DNA of 63,832 bases, the filler included, from Phoronis australis (taxonomy: Eukaryota > Animalia > Phoronida), in assembly GCA_002633005.1 (NCBI GenBank). It is 12 parts of 12 records of this genome, joined end to end, with 100 filler letters (N's around TTAATTAATTAA, not from the genome) between each part and the next. Parts side by side here need not be neighbours in the genome. Positions count along the whole stretch, not along the records: positions 36,968 to 39,794 come from NMRA01003400.1; positions 39,895 to 43,031 come from NMRA01003197.1; positions 43,132 to 50,376 come from NMRA01002046.1; positions 50,477 to 53,275 come from NMRA01003416.1; 8 more parts are not named here. The stretch is one strand, 5' to 3'. This document shows, piece by piece, positions 37,646-50,923 of the stretch (positions are counted from its first letter, which is position 1; each line of letters opens with the position of its first letter). The notes beneath the pieces are model-generated. The model was not told the DNA's origin, searched no databases, and saw only the letters and a program-made list of their open reading frames with translations. The translations under genes were made by a program, and so were the position numbers.

Positions 37646-37761
37646 GATTGAGGTGCAGCGCTACCTTTTGTCCAATCTGCGTTGGTGGGTTGAAGAGTAT
37701 GGTTTTGATGGCTTCAGATTTGATGGTGTAACATCGATGTTATATCACAGCCATGGCTTGG
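37646..37761 (+). CDS. GBE1: GBE1 exon containing the GH13 catalytic nucleophile motif
   Basis: tag|G...G|gtaggt, 116 nt: [38 protein letters not shown]. Confidence 0.96.
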
Positions 37762-38492
37762 GTAGGTTGACTGCTGTGATCTTGTACTTTTACCTGCTTT
37801 TTTCGGTTTTGTAAATTCATAAACAGTCTAACAAAGTTTTGCTTTTTATCAGTTTTGTCAGTTATGCAGGGGTATGTTAATAAGCTGTCAGAATGGCAGT
37901 TAAACATGGACAGCAGGTCAAAAATTGATACAGAACTTCCCTCAATCCAGGATGTTATTGTGTAAAATTAGCAACATTGACTCATTGTCAAAAATGTATT
38001 CCAGACAAAAACAATTTTTTAAAGTTTTCACAGTCTTTACATCAGAGCACCCAGTTTTACCCTGTGATAAACCACTGCATGGACATTTTTAATAACTGTG
38101 TTCTTTTCTCATGTCAAACACACTCTTCTCAATCTGCGTAATTGCTTTCTTACAAACACAAACTAATTGCCTTCTTCATGAATTATCGCTGTACATAATG
38201 TACAAGCAGTTTTGATGTGTCGTGCCAAAAATATGCTTTATTATTCATGCCTCCTACGAAGAGTTTGAAACAACTGATGCTTGAACTTTAGGAAAGAACT
38301 GTGTTAATAAAAGAATTGTGGTGCGTCAGAAAAAATATAGCTTGTAAGGAAATTATTCCTAAACGGATTGCTATCATTGAGAATGCTAGTGCGGTTCATG
38401 AGGAAGGAACACTGGCTGTCCTGCATTTATCCACATGTGTTTTTGTGTACACTGATCCTGAACAGTCATACGTTTGTGTCACTCCATTGCAG

Positions 38493-38620
38493 GCCAAGGT
38501 TTCAGCGGTGACTACAACGAGTACTTTAGTCTCAACACGGATATGGAATCCTTTGTTTATCTGATGTTGTCCAACTACATGCTCAAGTCATTATTTCCTT
38601 TTGTTACAACTGTAGCTGAG
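38493..38620 (+). CDS. GBE1: GBE1 exon
   Basis: cag|GC...GAG|gtttgt, 128 nt: GQGFSGDYNEYFSLNTDMESFVYLMLSNYMLKSLFPFVTTVAE. Phase-compatible with its neighbours. Confidence 0.95.
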
Positions 38621-39172
38621 GTTTGTACACTTAGTCCTTTATGTATTACATGTTGTGGAATCCGTGCTAGATGTGAACAGGAATTCCAAGAGAAATAGCA
38701 CTTAATTGTACTTGCTGTCTTCTGTTGTCTGCTACCATCGCTTTCTAGAGATTAACAGGTCTGTCACTGAAACAGAGGTACGAACATTGACCTGCACAAG
38801 CAACGTCAAAGCATATCAGTATCAGAAAGAAATCTGTTAAACTTCGTATTTTCATTTTTTCAAGCCTGTAAAAAGCCAATACAAATCATGGCTGGCCTAA
38901 AAATGTTACTTTGTACATTTCGACGGAATTCACTTCTGCCTGAAGTGTTCAGAACGTTGCAGAAAATCTAGTTGCTGAAAATCAAATTTTGTGACGCTTT
39001 ATATGCGAGGGTTCATGTCCCTCCTCATCTGCACGATCAGTGTTTCTCTCGATTGTTTTCATGTCAAGGCGTTCATGTGTTTGGACTTTTCACAATAGAA
39101 CAGTTAGCAACTTTCCTACTGTCTTAAGCAGCACTTTTGAAGCTCATAGCTGTGATGTCTGTCTGTTCCTAG

Positions 39173-39271
39173 GATGTATCTGGTATGCCCACTCTGTGTC
39201 GCCCAGTCAGCGAAGGGGGCGGTGGTTTCGACTACAGACTGGCCATGGCCATTCCTGACCAGTGGATAAAG
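39173..39271 (+). CDS. GBE1: GBE1 exon
   Basis: tag|GAT...AAG|gtaacg, 99 nt: [33 protein letters not shown]. Confidence 0.96.
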
Positions 39272-39552
39272 GTAACGCCTGCTGTCTGGTGATTTGTCAA
39301 TCTATGACTTTTCACTTTTCTATAGATTTGCCTTTTATGTGAGCCACCATGTTGGTATTTGAACTAGCAGATACAGAAATGTTGTGTTGTGTCATTAACT
39401 GCCAGTCTTATGGAAATACAGATTACAAACATTTTTGAGTCTGATCTGCACGCCATCTGGTGGTCACATCATTAGGTCGCGTGATGTGGCCAACAGGTGG
39501 CGTGTAGACCAGACTTAACTAATGTTTGTGAACTGCCAGTAGCAGTGAGTAC

Positions 39553-39794
39553 TTATTATGCGCCCACATATTTATATGTGGACGCATTATGCCGTCATCT
39601 CTGTCCGTCCGTCCGTCCGGGCGGCGTCCGTCCGGCGTCCGGCATCCGCTGCTCTATCTCCAAAACCCTTTGACATACATTCATGAAATTTGGCACATAT
39701 GTTCCATTCATGAATGGAACGGCATGTGCGAACTTTCGGACGGATCCGACTACCGGTGTGCCCCCTAGTGGCAATTTTAATTTTTTTACGCTTA
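39553..39794 (+). mobile_element. 5' part of a Helentron-associated (HINE/DINE-1-like) element
   Basis: TT start, a short inverted repeat tgcgcccacata-tt-tatatgtggacgca, a (GTCC)n microsatellite, then tcatgaaatttggcac. Cut by the contig end. Confidence 0.7.
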
Positions 39795-39894
39795 NNNNNN
39801 NNNNNNNNNNNNNNNNNNNNNNNNNNNNNNNNNNNNNNTTAATTAATTAANNNNNNNNNNNNNNNNNNNNNNNNNNNNNNNNNNNNNNNNNNNN

Positions 39895-40225
39895 ATGGCT
39901 GTGACTACCGGTCCAAGGACATTGATCACGTGGTCAAGCATATGGTCATTCACTCGGAGAACAAAACATATCAGTGTGAGCAGTGTGACTACGCCACCAA
40001 GTGGAAGAAGGATCTGGCGAATCACGTGCTGCGACACACGGGGCAGAAGAACGAGAGGTGCGATATTTGCGGCTATACGTGTTATACAAAGTGTCGGCTA
40101 AAAGTGCACATGAACAAACACAACGATAAGAAGGAGCACATGTGTGAATGGTGCGGTCAGTACTTCAAGCATAAGAACCTACTCAAGATACACACCCTCT
40201 ATCACACCGGCGAGCCCAAGTTCAA
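39895..40225 (+). CDS. C2H2 zinc-finger protein exon (one partial and three complete fingers)
   Basis: GCDYRSKDIDHVVKHMVIH-SENKT-YQCEQCDYATKWKKDLANHVLRH-TGQKN-ERCDICGY...HMNKH-NDKKE-HMCEWCGQYF...HTLYH-TGEPKF(K), donor AA|gtaagt. Confidence 0.92.
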
Positions 40226-41175
40226 GTAAGTGTAGATTACTCCTTGGTGACTACTGCTTCCACTGGCAGTTCTGGGGTATCGTCAGGCGGGGTGACTATG
40301 ATGTCCAAAAATGGGCATCCATGATACACGTAAATGCAGTGTGTCAACTTTTTTGTCATGGATGTAGTGTGAGGCTCCATCTGATCCTCCATAGCCCTGT
40401 GTATGGCTTCTCTGGATGTAAACAGGTCTCTTCACTTGAGACTACTCTTTTACTGTGATGTCGATATGTGATGTGTTCTCATTGTCACCTCATGTCTGTT
40501 TATTTCTGTATTACAAATCCACAGCAACTTCTATTGGAGTGGTTCTAATATTGATTGAGCATATCTGTGTTGAAGCCTGGCCAGTTATGAACAATGTCAT
40601 GCGTTATTCCGTTGAAATGTTGCTCTTTTATCCTTGTGTTATGGTTTTCTTTTTGAACTCCCTGTTTCAGGGATATTCCTGATCAGGTTTGAACCTGTGC
40701 CCTTTGGACGCACCTGATGTTAAAAAGTGTGTCTTTTTTCAAAAAGTTTTGCCCAGGAGACTTAGTGCAATCAAAGTGGTAACATGTGAAACACAAATCT
40801 CATGGGCAATCGAAATGAGAACAGCGGTGTTTTAACCAAGTGGCTGTAAGATGACTAGAATCTTACATTTTTGGAGGAGCGCTGCGTTTTAAGAGATGCG
40901 CCCGAGGGGGGAGGCGTACTGCTGCAACATACTTGCGCCTTTTTATTTTGTATGCGCTAATGGGGTAAAGGCACAGTCCAGGAATATCCCTGCTGTAATT
41001 TCACTCCTATCCCTTGTGGTGAGTGTGACTTTGCCACCATTTTATCCTGCCATGTCTCTGCAAGCGTTAAAAAAGGCTAAAAACATTCTTCTGACAACGT
41101 AAGGATGAGCTAATTGGTTAACATTGTTGCTAAGGATCAAATTTGTTATGTAATTTTTAATTATAAATTGTACAG

Positions 41176-41290
41176 CAGGGCTCGACGCTATTAAAATCGC
41201 CAGGTCGCATTTTGCGACCTAGTCAAAATCCCAGGTCGCATTTTCAAAATCCAGCTCGCATTCGTAAATGCCAGGTCGCAAAATTTTCCG
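41176..41290 (+). mobile_element. hAT-like transposon left end
   Basis: Begins CAGGGCTCGAC, followed by repeated subterminal ccaggtcgca motifs in both orientations. No matching right end was found. Confidence 0.55.
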
Positions 41291-44200
41291 GCCATTTTTA
41301 CGCGCAAAAATAGATTTTTTTAGATCATCGAGAAAATGTTTAGATTATGCTCTTACCTGCAGCGTTAAATACTCACAAATTTCGGATCTCAAAATTGACT
41401 TCATTCATGCAGGTACGGCCTTATTGTTCTTCACGACCGCCATTGAAAGTCTCTAGAGCGCAAGGCAAGTTGCCGGCGTGAAAGCTGAATCAGTGCTCTC
41501 TAACTGACAAAGTTGAATCAGTGCTCTCTAACTGACTTGTGCATTCGAGAAGCTAAATTTGCGATGTGAAAAAGGAGAAAATGCCATGCCCGTTGAAAAA
41601 GTATCCGGGATTTTGTTAGATCTGGCCTGCTACTGGCTGTCATCAAAGTCGTTAACGATTCAAACTAACTCGGGTAATGGCGAGTTTGCACCTCAATACC
41701 TTCCAAGTACAGGAAAAATAGGTCAGTCACAAAACGACACGCATGTCACTAGTATTAACTTTCTTTCCGAGGTATAAAACAAAGCCAGGATTTGGTTTTT
41801 ACATATTGTGAAAAGACGTTTTTGAAAACTGAAGTTGTGTAAAATGAAAGTGACACACCATATAAGCTGCATGTCAAATTTAAACCACAAGCGGTCCTTT
41901 GTAGTGCACTATGATGGGCGCTAGCTTGAACTGTGGGCGCTTAATTGGAAATTCTCAAAATTTAAGGGCGGACTTTTAATAAATCAGTGAGCGCTTATTA
42001 TGAAACACTTTAAAGGTAGGGAGTAGGCTTGTGCGTGGGCATAGTCGTTAACCTCAGTGTTTGCGGTAATAAGATATTAAAACGCTGCAATGGTAAGAAA
42101 CGTTATAATAATAGGATCTTGCGAGGCAAACTCCATCTAGTAGGGGTGACTTTCTGGATATCGTTACCACCTTCTGTACATTGTACCCTTTTTAGCCACC
42201 CGGAATGATTTTGTTTTTAACTGCCTGCTTCAGCCGGAACAAGGTTGTTTCTATAGGAGTCTGAACATTTTACGGCGACGGTGGTTCGGGGAGGGAAAAG
42301 TTGCCAGGGGGGGGGGGCGGGGCGGAGTTTAAAAANGAAGCATGAAAAGTTCGCTAACTTGAACCACAATTTCGCATCTAGTGCCTGGGAATCTGAGTTC
42401 ATTTTCAAATAAACCAGAGCCAAGCCGGTATACTCTTTCATTTAGGGCTGTTGCTGTTCTTTGAAGTGGTGCGCACGCGTGAGTTCACGCACTTGAATCG
42501 CTGGAGTAGGCCTACAGTTTACGTTGGCAACAACGTGTGAAAGACAAATCATATTTGCGCACGTAGCCCCAGAAACAAGTAAAGGGTTTGAGAATTTCTT
42601 GGCAACTGAAAGACGTGACCGTCATTTGGCGATTAATAAGGTTGTCATTTTCACTTTGGCTGTCTTAATACGATAAAAAGGAGAAGCACATCTCAGTCAC
42701 GATTGTCTGCCGGGACCTATTGCGCGCTAACGGTGCCGCAGTGCGATATCAGGGATATTGTCGTGGATATTTGGTGCATGTAATAAGGGCATCTTGTGTG
42801 AAAAATAAACATTTTTGTCCACCACAAAGTTTGGTAAGTTGATCGCTTAAGAATTAGTAGAAACACTGTTGTTTTGTGAAGTTTTATCACGTGTTAAGCA
42901 GTGGCCCGAAACTTTCTTCCGCGAATCCGGATATTTACAAAAGTGGCCGAAAGTATTAGCCAATGAAACGCGTCAAAGATCGATTCTGCATATCCCATGT
43001 TCACGTGACTTGCTTACAAGTCATCGGGAGGNNNNNNNNNNNNNNNNNNNNNNNNNNNNNNNNNNNNNNNNNNNNTTAATTAATTAANNNNNNNNNNNNN
43101 NNNNNNNNNNNNNNNNNNNNNNNNNNNNNNNGGGTTAGACTTGTGATCGCCATGTCTGCTCACATCTTGAGTCCATGGAAACCCTTTGAGTCCCCCTAAG
43201 TGCAACTGTGCACATTGATTTCTTATCTCATGAAGGCTATCCGAAGCAATTGAAGAATTAAATATTTTTCTCAAAACAAATACGGAAAATGCGAGAAATA
43301 AGTTAGTCTAATTTTAGGGGATAAAATTAATATCTGGTCACAAGATCTGGAAGAATTTCAAAAAGCGTTGGTCCACGACTCCTGACGCCCAAAGTGCTCT
43401 TGCACGAATACGTAAGATTTCGCGAAATATCGCCATCGGATGCCCGAAGAAATACGGAACGGCATAAAGTGGTCGCACACTAGCTTCATTCGCGAGATTC
43501 TTGCGTCAGTACCGCGGAGCTCACAAGACTTCGTGCCTCGGTTAGTGTTCTCGAGACATGTGGCATTTGGTTTTTGATGGGTTGCGTTCACTAGATCTTG
43601 AGCAAGATTTTTGCGAGAAAGAAAGCAAGAGTCACGCGACACTGTCGCCGACACGGAACTCATTCCCCCGGTGAGACGGGAGCTTATTCTTGGTAGTGGC
43701 GGATTGACGTCGAGGCCGGAAATTTCGTTTTAGTGGAGAACATTCACGGTAGAAGTCTTTTATAGATATGAGTTATTTCTTCTATTCTGTTGTGTCCCTA
43801 TGCAAGACGAGAATCCCAGCAACTTCTGAAGCCCCTATCGCCGGCAGGCCCGAAGTAACCGAGACTGATCAGCGAGCTGCAATGCTACCGTATATCATAG
43901 TTATATTTGTCTCATTGATGCTACCATTGATCGAGAGCAGTCAAATGAGTAAACAAACGTCACCCAATGAAAACAAATCCCGTGATTAATCTTGAGAAAT
44001 TTGATGTTACCCAAAACTGAACCCAGTAAATTTGTGTCGCAATGAAAAAAAAAAAAAAAATAATGTTAGAAAAATTGCCTGCAAAAAATACTGATTTGAG
44101 GAAATTGTCGCAACCATGCTGTTTTCTTTTCGCTTTTGTCTTGATTCACGTAACGACGTAGCCAAGACTCTTTCGCTTGGTGTAAAGCAGTGACACAGCT

Positions 44201-45058
44201 TCGCGTTGATGCCAGATGGGTAAATAACTGTCCAAATAAAATCTGACACAAAATTAGTGTCACTAAAAACTAGCGTTCTGGCTACCGTTCCATTTTGTTA
44301 CAAGTTTTAGTTATATCAGCTATACCGAATTTCAGAATAAATTTTGCTAAGCTGCCATCGTCTCCCGAGAGATGTCGCAAAGAATTTAAGAAATGGCGCG
44401 TGCGCTAATTGTTGCGAGCATGGGCCTACTGTTTTCGAAACGATGACAGACTTTCTTGTTACAAAAGGGCGGAGAGTTGTGCAAGAAAATGACGTTTATT
44501 AGATTTTTCATCTAAATGGCTGGAACGGGCAAGGTGAGTGTCGGTTGACTCCCAGATTTTGCATGGCACCCACTCCCGCCGGTCGACGGTTAGCTCCACA
44601 TGTTATGGATTAGATTAGGGAATGACCATCGCCTCTGTTTGACTGTTGCTTGTGTTGGCGATGGTCATTGTCTAGTTTTGGATATGAGTTTCACGATGAA
44701 GTGACGATCAGAACTATCCGCGTGGAATTTCGGGGTGTAAAGAAGCTCAACACAGTAGTGGTACCAGCTGTATTTTGACGATCAGACGATGGTCTTCATA
44801 GACTTCATACAGCTAAGTTAAGTAGCTGACTTATAGTATATAGCTTTGTACCAAGTCCAAGGCTAGTCCGTCGGCTGCACTTGCCATCAGTTGGAAAACT
44901 GGGACAACTGCTTAGTTACTACTGTAGTGATGACAAAAACGGATGTTTAGGAGTTTCTGTATATCAGTGAGCTCTGTGCAGGGCTGCCCCTATCGCAGAT
45001 CTTACTGTCTCAGGCATCTGTACCAGAAGGTCATCCAACCATAGTATTCCAATACTGA

Positions 45059-46834
45059 ACAGATTACAGGAAAAAGACATTTTTTCCTAGAACAGTCGCA
45101 GACTAGAATAGCTTGCCGGGCTGCATTACATCAGCCCCTTCTCTTGATATCTTTGTCAGCAAGCTATCTGCCTTTCTGGAGTGGGGTTCACCCGCCTACT
45201 GACTGCCTTATCTGTTAATGATCTAGCTATGTTTAAACGACCTCTGAAGTGAAGTCCACTATGTATATATATCCTTTTATTATTTTAAACCTGGGTGTGT
45301 TCAGTAGCCGCTTGGACCTAAGCTAGGACCTAGGTATAACCTAGTCAAAGTCACGTGTTCTCATTTAAAATACATGGCAATATTTCACGTAATCTCGCGA
45401 AGTCTTGCTTTTTAGCGAGGTCCTAGGTTACTGAACGGGAGGCTGTTATAGTTGTTCTCGTTTTTGTTGATCTTCATTGTTATACAGTGACATAATACTC
45501 TGGAGAGGGTAGTTTGGTAGACCTCAGATATGGTAGACACTAGACACTAGCGAAAAAAGCTTATTCGATCACCTACCTTGTCTCAGTGTAACGTGACTTT
45601 TTGCACCTGGGGAACACAATCCGGTTGAAGTAAAAATGTGGGGGGAGGAGAAGGAAGGCATTATCAATGCCCAAATATGATATGGAGACTGTCATTGGCT
45701 CATTGCAAGCCCAGCATTAAACTGAATTTTGATTGGTTAACAGGGCAACAGGGTAATAACTGGGAATGTTCAAAGATAATCTTCAGGTCTCAGCAACGTC
45801 TTTTTCGTCTATGAAATGAAATTAAAGGAAGAGAGATGGGAATAAAAAATTGTTGAAATATCTATTCCCGCCTTCCCTGTCAGGTGTNACAATCGTCGTT
45901 CAGTTTGCCTAAATGCTTACAGTCGGACAAAATGTTGGGCCTCCCTTGTGATATCCTAGATCCGCCACTGAACTAATAGGACAGATTACAGGAAAAAGAC
46001 ATTTTTTCCTAGAACAGTCACAGACTAGAGTAGCTTGCCGGGCTGCATTACATCAACCCCTTCTCTTGATATCTTTGTCAGCAAGCTATCTGCCTTTCTG
46101 AACATAGTGGAGTGGGGTTCTCCCACCTACTGACTGCCTTATCTGTTAACGATCTAGCTATGTTTAAACGACCTCTGAAGTGAAGTCCACTATGTGTATA
46201 TATATCCTTTTAAACCTGGGTGTGTTCAGTAGCTGCTTGGACCTATGCTAGGACCTAGGTAAAACCTAGTCAAAGTCAAGTGTTCTCATTTTTAAAAAAT
46301 ACACGGCAATATTTCACGTAATCTCGCGAAGTCTTGCTTTTTAGCGAGGTCCTAGGTTACTGAATGGGAGGCTGTTATAGTTGTTCTTGTTTTTGTTGAT
46401 CGTCATTGTTATTCAGTGACATATTACTCTGGAGAGGGTGTGGTCACTTAAACCAAGAATAGGAAGAAGAAGAAGAATTTGGTAGACCTCAGATATGGTA
46501 GACACTAAACACTAGCGAAAAAAGCTTATTCGATCACCTACCTTGTCTCAGTGTAATGTGACTTTTTGCACCTGGGGAACACAATTCGGTTGAAGTAAAA
46601 ATGTGGGGGGGAGGGGAAGGAAGGCATTATCAATGCCCAAATCTGATGTGGAGACTGTCATTGGCTCATTGCAAGCCCAGCATTAAACTGAATTTTGATT
46701 GGTTAACAGGGCAACAGGGTAATAACTGGGAATGTTCAAAGATAATCGTCAGGTCTCAGCAACGTCTTTTTCGTCTATGAAATGAAATTAAAGGAAGAGA
46801 GATGGGAATAAAAAATTGTTGAAATATCTATTCC
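45059..46834 (+). repeat. ~0.8-kb direct duplication (45059-45887 vs 45981-~46840), probably allelic contig overlap
   Basis: Near-identical copies with small indels. The first copy runs right up to a single n at 45888. Confidence 0.85.
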
Positions 46835-47267
46835 AGGTGTGATGGAATGTACAAAGAGTGAGGTTTTCCTATTATTTATTTAACCGTCTGTGCCAATGCG
46901 TCTGTTGGTGGCAAACTTAGAAGTGATCGGCATTTTACCCGCCACATGCAATAGGAAATCGTTGATTTTTGCACTTGAATCAAAATATGCACTTGTCCGA
47001 TTGTAACCCTTTATGTATTGTAATCAGTCCATTCAACATTGTTCTGGTGTAACAGGTGTTGTTCGGCAAGGATTCTATTCTCTCTCGTCCAGTGTAGCAG
47101 TTCAAGACTCCTTTGCGTTATCATATTTCTTCGGGTAAAAATAAGCCTTGTAACCTTTTACAAGACTTTAAACTCAGTCATGAGCCAAACACTTCGAAAA
47201 TCACCAGTTTTAATCCACGATATATGTATTTATTGTAGCCAGTGTTTTGTTGTGACTTAGAGCGTGC

Positions 47268-47495
47268 GGAGAGACAGGGAGAGAGGGACGGGAAGAGAGG
47301 GACTGAGAAGGGATGGGAAGAGCGAGTGGAGGAACGTGGAGGGAGGGAGCGAAGGGACGGGGAGAGAGGGAGCGAAGGGACGGGGAGAGAGGAAAAGGGG
47401 GACTGGACAAAATGAGAGAGGAAGTAAAAGGTTGGAGGGAATAATAGGGGGATAGAAGGACGAGGGGTGACAAGGGACTGAAGGGAGGGCTTTTA
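47268..47495 (+). repeat. Purine-rich (GA) low-complexity tract
   Basis: About 230 nt of mostly G/A (gagagggacgggaagagaggg...). Confidence 0.85.
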
Positions 47496-47618
47496 TAGGA
47501 AGAGCTACTCCTGGGAAGGTTGCAACTTTTGAAGCACGTGAATTCCTGTAGTTGGCAGGTTTTTCTCTGTGTGAACAACCTATGGTTAAAGCGGCTGTGT
47601 TTTGAATTTCATCCTCAG

Positions 47619-47740
47619 GCTTTTAGTTGGAGCACCTGAAGCACAGACAGAACAGCGTCGCATTACCAAAGGTGGCGCTGTTTACAAGTGTGGTATCACC
47701 CCATCTAGTGGCTGTGAACTGATAGTATTTGACAAGTTTG
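47619..47740 (+). CDS. Integrin alpha subunit exon (first FG-GAP repeat)
   Basis: ctcag|G...G|gtaagt, 122 nt: LLVGAPEAQTEQRRITKGGAVYKCGITPSSGCELIVFDKF(G). This is the typical integrin-alpha LVGAP...GAVY.C...C....FD..G block. Confidence 0.9.
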
Positions 47741-47804
47741 GTAAGTTTGGTCAAAGACCTGTAGTTCTATGGTTTGACAAAAAATGTACATCAATGATGA
47801 CGTC

Positions 47805-48262
47805 AAATTTAGTTTGCATGCTTTATGTACAATGTTGTGAAAATGCTTTCAGCGATAATTTTCAAATATGAGATATCAATTTAAAATGACATACAACAGG
47901 GTTTCAGGCGCTTAGCATGGTAGGGTGGGGCAAAATGGCTTTAGCTAAGCTAGAATGTCCATCCGTTTCCCCGTTGAGCTTTTTATTGATAATATTAAAC
48001 AGGTTGCTGGTGAGCAATAAAAAAAAAAAACGAGANAAATTTAGTTTGCATGCTTTATGTACAATGTTGTGAAAATGCTTTCAGCGATAATTTTCAAATA
48101 TGAGATATCAATGTAAAATGACATACAACAGGGTTTCAGGCGCTTAGCATGGTAGGGTGGGGCAAAATGGCTTTAGGTAAGCTAGAATGTCCATCCGTTT
48201 CCCCGTTGAGCTTTTTATTGATAATATTAAACAGGTTGCTGGTAAGCAATAAAAATAAAAAA
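47805..48262 (+). repeat. ~226-bp tandem duplication split by an n (likely assembly artefact)
   Basis: 47805-48030 is nearly identical to 48037-48262, with an n at 48036. Confidence 0.85.
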
Positions 48263-49529
48263 ATTAATTCAAGTTTCAAGAAACATATTGAATACCGCCT
48301 ATAAAGGTATAACATGAATACATTTACCTTAGAGTGGTAATAAAATGGCATGCCATGCCATTGAATAACCAGTTATGCATTACTCGATTGAAAAGGTTCA
48401 GCGTTCCAAACTGTACAGCAATGCCTTCCCTAAGGTAACATTCCATTTATAGTCAAATCAACTAGTAATTGTATGCTTGAATAATAATGAAATTTCACAC
48501 TATAACATATTTTTTACGCCATTTTATTAATTTGGACGTTTTTCGACGGCAGTCAATTCCAAGTTATTGAACAAGATATGTACTACAGGGCCTGGCGTTT
48601 TCCTCTTTTAAGAGAATTTCTTCTTTTTTGGTTTCAATTTCCTCTGATTTGATTTCCAATTTCTTCTTCATCTCTTTTTTATCATTATTTTGACTTTATT
48701 CCCGCAAAAACGTTCATTTCAGTTAAGTTTTAAAAACACAGAAAATGCTTGTATCGCACAAGCCTTATTTATTTGTGGAAGGATACATCACATGGAAATT
48801 TTTCCTCTTTTCATCCCAAACCCTGGTACAACCATTTTACAGGCACTCGAACATTTTGAAAGAGTATTAAGTCTATCATTTCAGCTACACTTTTATAACA
48901 ATGTTGTTGCTACATCATTCACTCCAGGTTTTTTCACTTTCTCTTCTTTTTGCTGCTAAAAATATTGGGTCATGGTTTCAAAAATTACGCCACAGTAGCA
49001 CTCAAGTGTTTTACTTTGCCAGTTGTGCAAAGACGTCTAGTCATTTATTGGTTATCGTTGAGCAGAAACTATCAAAGACCTCAATCATAAACTGGCAATA
49101 CATTTTACGTAAATCCAATGGTCAGGTCAAACCTTTTCACTCTTTAGTCTGTATACTTGCTGCCTACGATAAACAATTAGCAAATTGAACACTATCATCT
49201 CATTTCCTGGGTGGGGAATGAAACATGTTCATTTGTTTCAGTTATTGCATGGTGACCTCACGATAAGCGTTTTGTCCCAAGACATCGTATCAAGCTTATT
49301 ATGAAAACTTAATTTCACGAAATTTTCCCATCATTTTGCATGTTATATATGATAGATGCATGGGCAGCGTAGCACTGAAAAAAGTGGGGGCTGTAGCCCA
49401 TCAGCCCCCTGTGGTGCACCGCTCATAGACTATGGCTGGTGCAGCACTGAAAAAAGTGGGGGCTATAGCTCCCCAGCCCTCTATTTTGCGCCACCCATGA
49501 GATGATAGTCCACCGAAATTGAATCTTAG

Positions 49530-50376
49530 AACGAGAGCGCTCGGAGGAGCGACACTTGGCGGAATTAATCGAAAAGACGACGAACACGATATCGTTCATG
49601 TGACTAGCGAAGAAATCAATTAGAGAGCATATAATCAATTACAATAAAGAATGAAAGCCCGTTCAAAACTCTATCTAAAGTGGTAGTTTGGCAAACACGA
49701 TAACATTCATGTGACTAGCGAAGAAATCAAATAGAGAGCATACAATCAACTACAATAAAGGACAATAGATGGCGCAACATGACAGTCCAGTCTGCAGTAG
49801 GACAGTGCTGGCTGGGTCAGTCTGGGTCAACTAGGCATAACCAAAATAAAGTGAACTGAAAGCCAGCCAGCTGTGTCCTTTCATAGTTGACCGAAGGAAC
49901 AACGGCATTCGAAAATCTCGAATAATTCAAAAGTAGACGTAGCGCAAAATGGAAAATGTCTGAAAGCCCGTCCACAACTCTACGTACTTTGATAGAGCAT
50001 ACAATCAACTACAATAAAGAACAATAGATGGCGCAACATTACGGACGAGGCATATTTTACAGTAGGACAGTGCTGGCTGGGTCAGTCTGGGTCAACTAGG
50101 CATAACCAAACCAAAGTGAGCTGAAAGCCAGCCAGCTGCGTGTGACCGAAGGAACAACGGTATCCGAAAATCTCGAATAATTCAAAAAGTAGACGTCGTA
50201 GCGCAAAATAGAAAATATCTTCTAAAAGCCCGTTCAAAATTCTATCTAAAGTGGTAGTTTGGCAAAAATCCAAAAAAATTTTCGTTTTTTTTAAATTCAT
50301 AGTCAAATAACTCGAAAACGGTAAGTCTGAGAAATACGCTCTCGCAGACTTTTTGAAAGGCCATACTTCAAGGAAT
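49530..50376 (-). mobile_element. Partial Helentron-type (HINE) element of the family at 54634-56540
   Basis: Shares the end motif gagagcgctcggaggagcgacacttggcg and the core gaaaatctcgaataattcaaaagtagac...aaataactcgaaaacggtaagtctgagaaa. Internally rearranged and cut by the contig end. Confidence 0.65.
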
Positions 50377-50923
50377 NNNNNNNNNNNNNNNNNNNNNNNN
50401 NNNNNNNNNNNNNNNNNNNNTTAATTAATTAANNNNNNNNNNNNNNNNNNNNNNNNNNNNNNNNNNNNNNNNNNNNTTAGGCTTTTTATTTAGATGAAAT
50501 CTGTCTCATGATATTCCTTATTGTGATAGCATTTCATTTTCGCTACTAATAATAATAATAATAATAGCCATCACCAACTCAAGAAAACGCCTGCGAGTTT
50601 ATTGCGTTGGTCAAACCTAAAACGGCGAATTCGAAAATAGCGCAGGCATGCAATTGCCTGTCAATGTTCTTCACAGCTTTTTGGTAATTTCTTATGCAAA
50701 CCAGGACATTTCGGACGTTTGGCACTAGTTCAGTGCATTTACTCAAAGGCTTAACACGGAAACATAGTATGGATATGGTCTTTTGAACACGTTCATGACC
50801 TTTGGAACTCTAGTTGGGTTTTGGTTTTGCTCTTCACATAAGGAATATGACGAGACCAATTTTATAATACTAAAAGACCAAAGTTTGATTTTCGATTTTA
50901 GCCAATTTTAGCCACCTGAACAG

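Noticed and set aside
44393-44540. First coding exon of the integrin alpha gene (ATGGCG... and a gtgagt donor)
   Set aside because: The frame stops after 17 codons, and no signal peptide plus FN(L/V)D...FG motif is present.
45059-46834. LTR pair of a small retrotransposon
   Set aside because: No TG...CA ends, PBS or PPT were seen, and an n at the junction points to an assembly overlap.
47210-47578. Pro/Ser/Leu-rich 122-aa ORF
   Set aside because: It is the translation of the GA-rich low-complexity tract.
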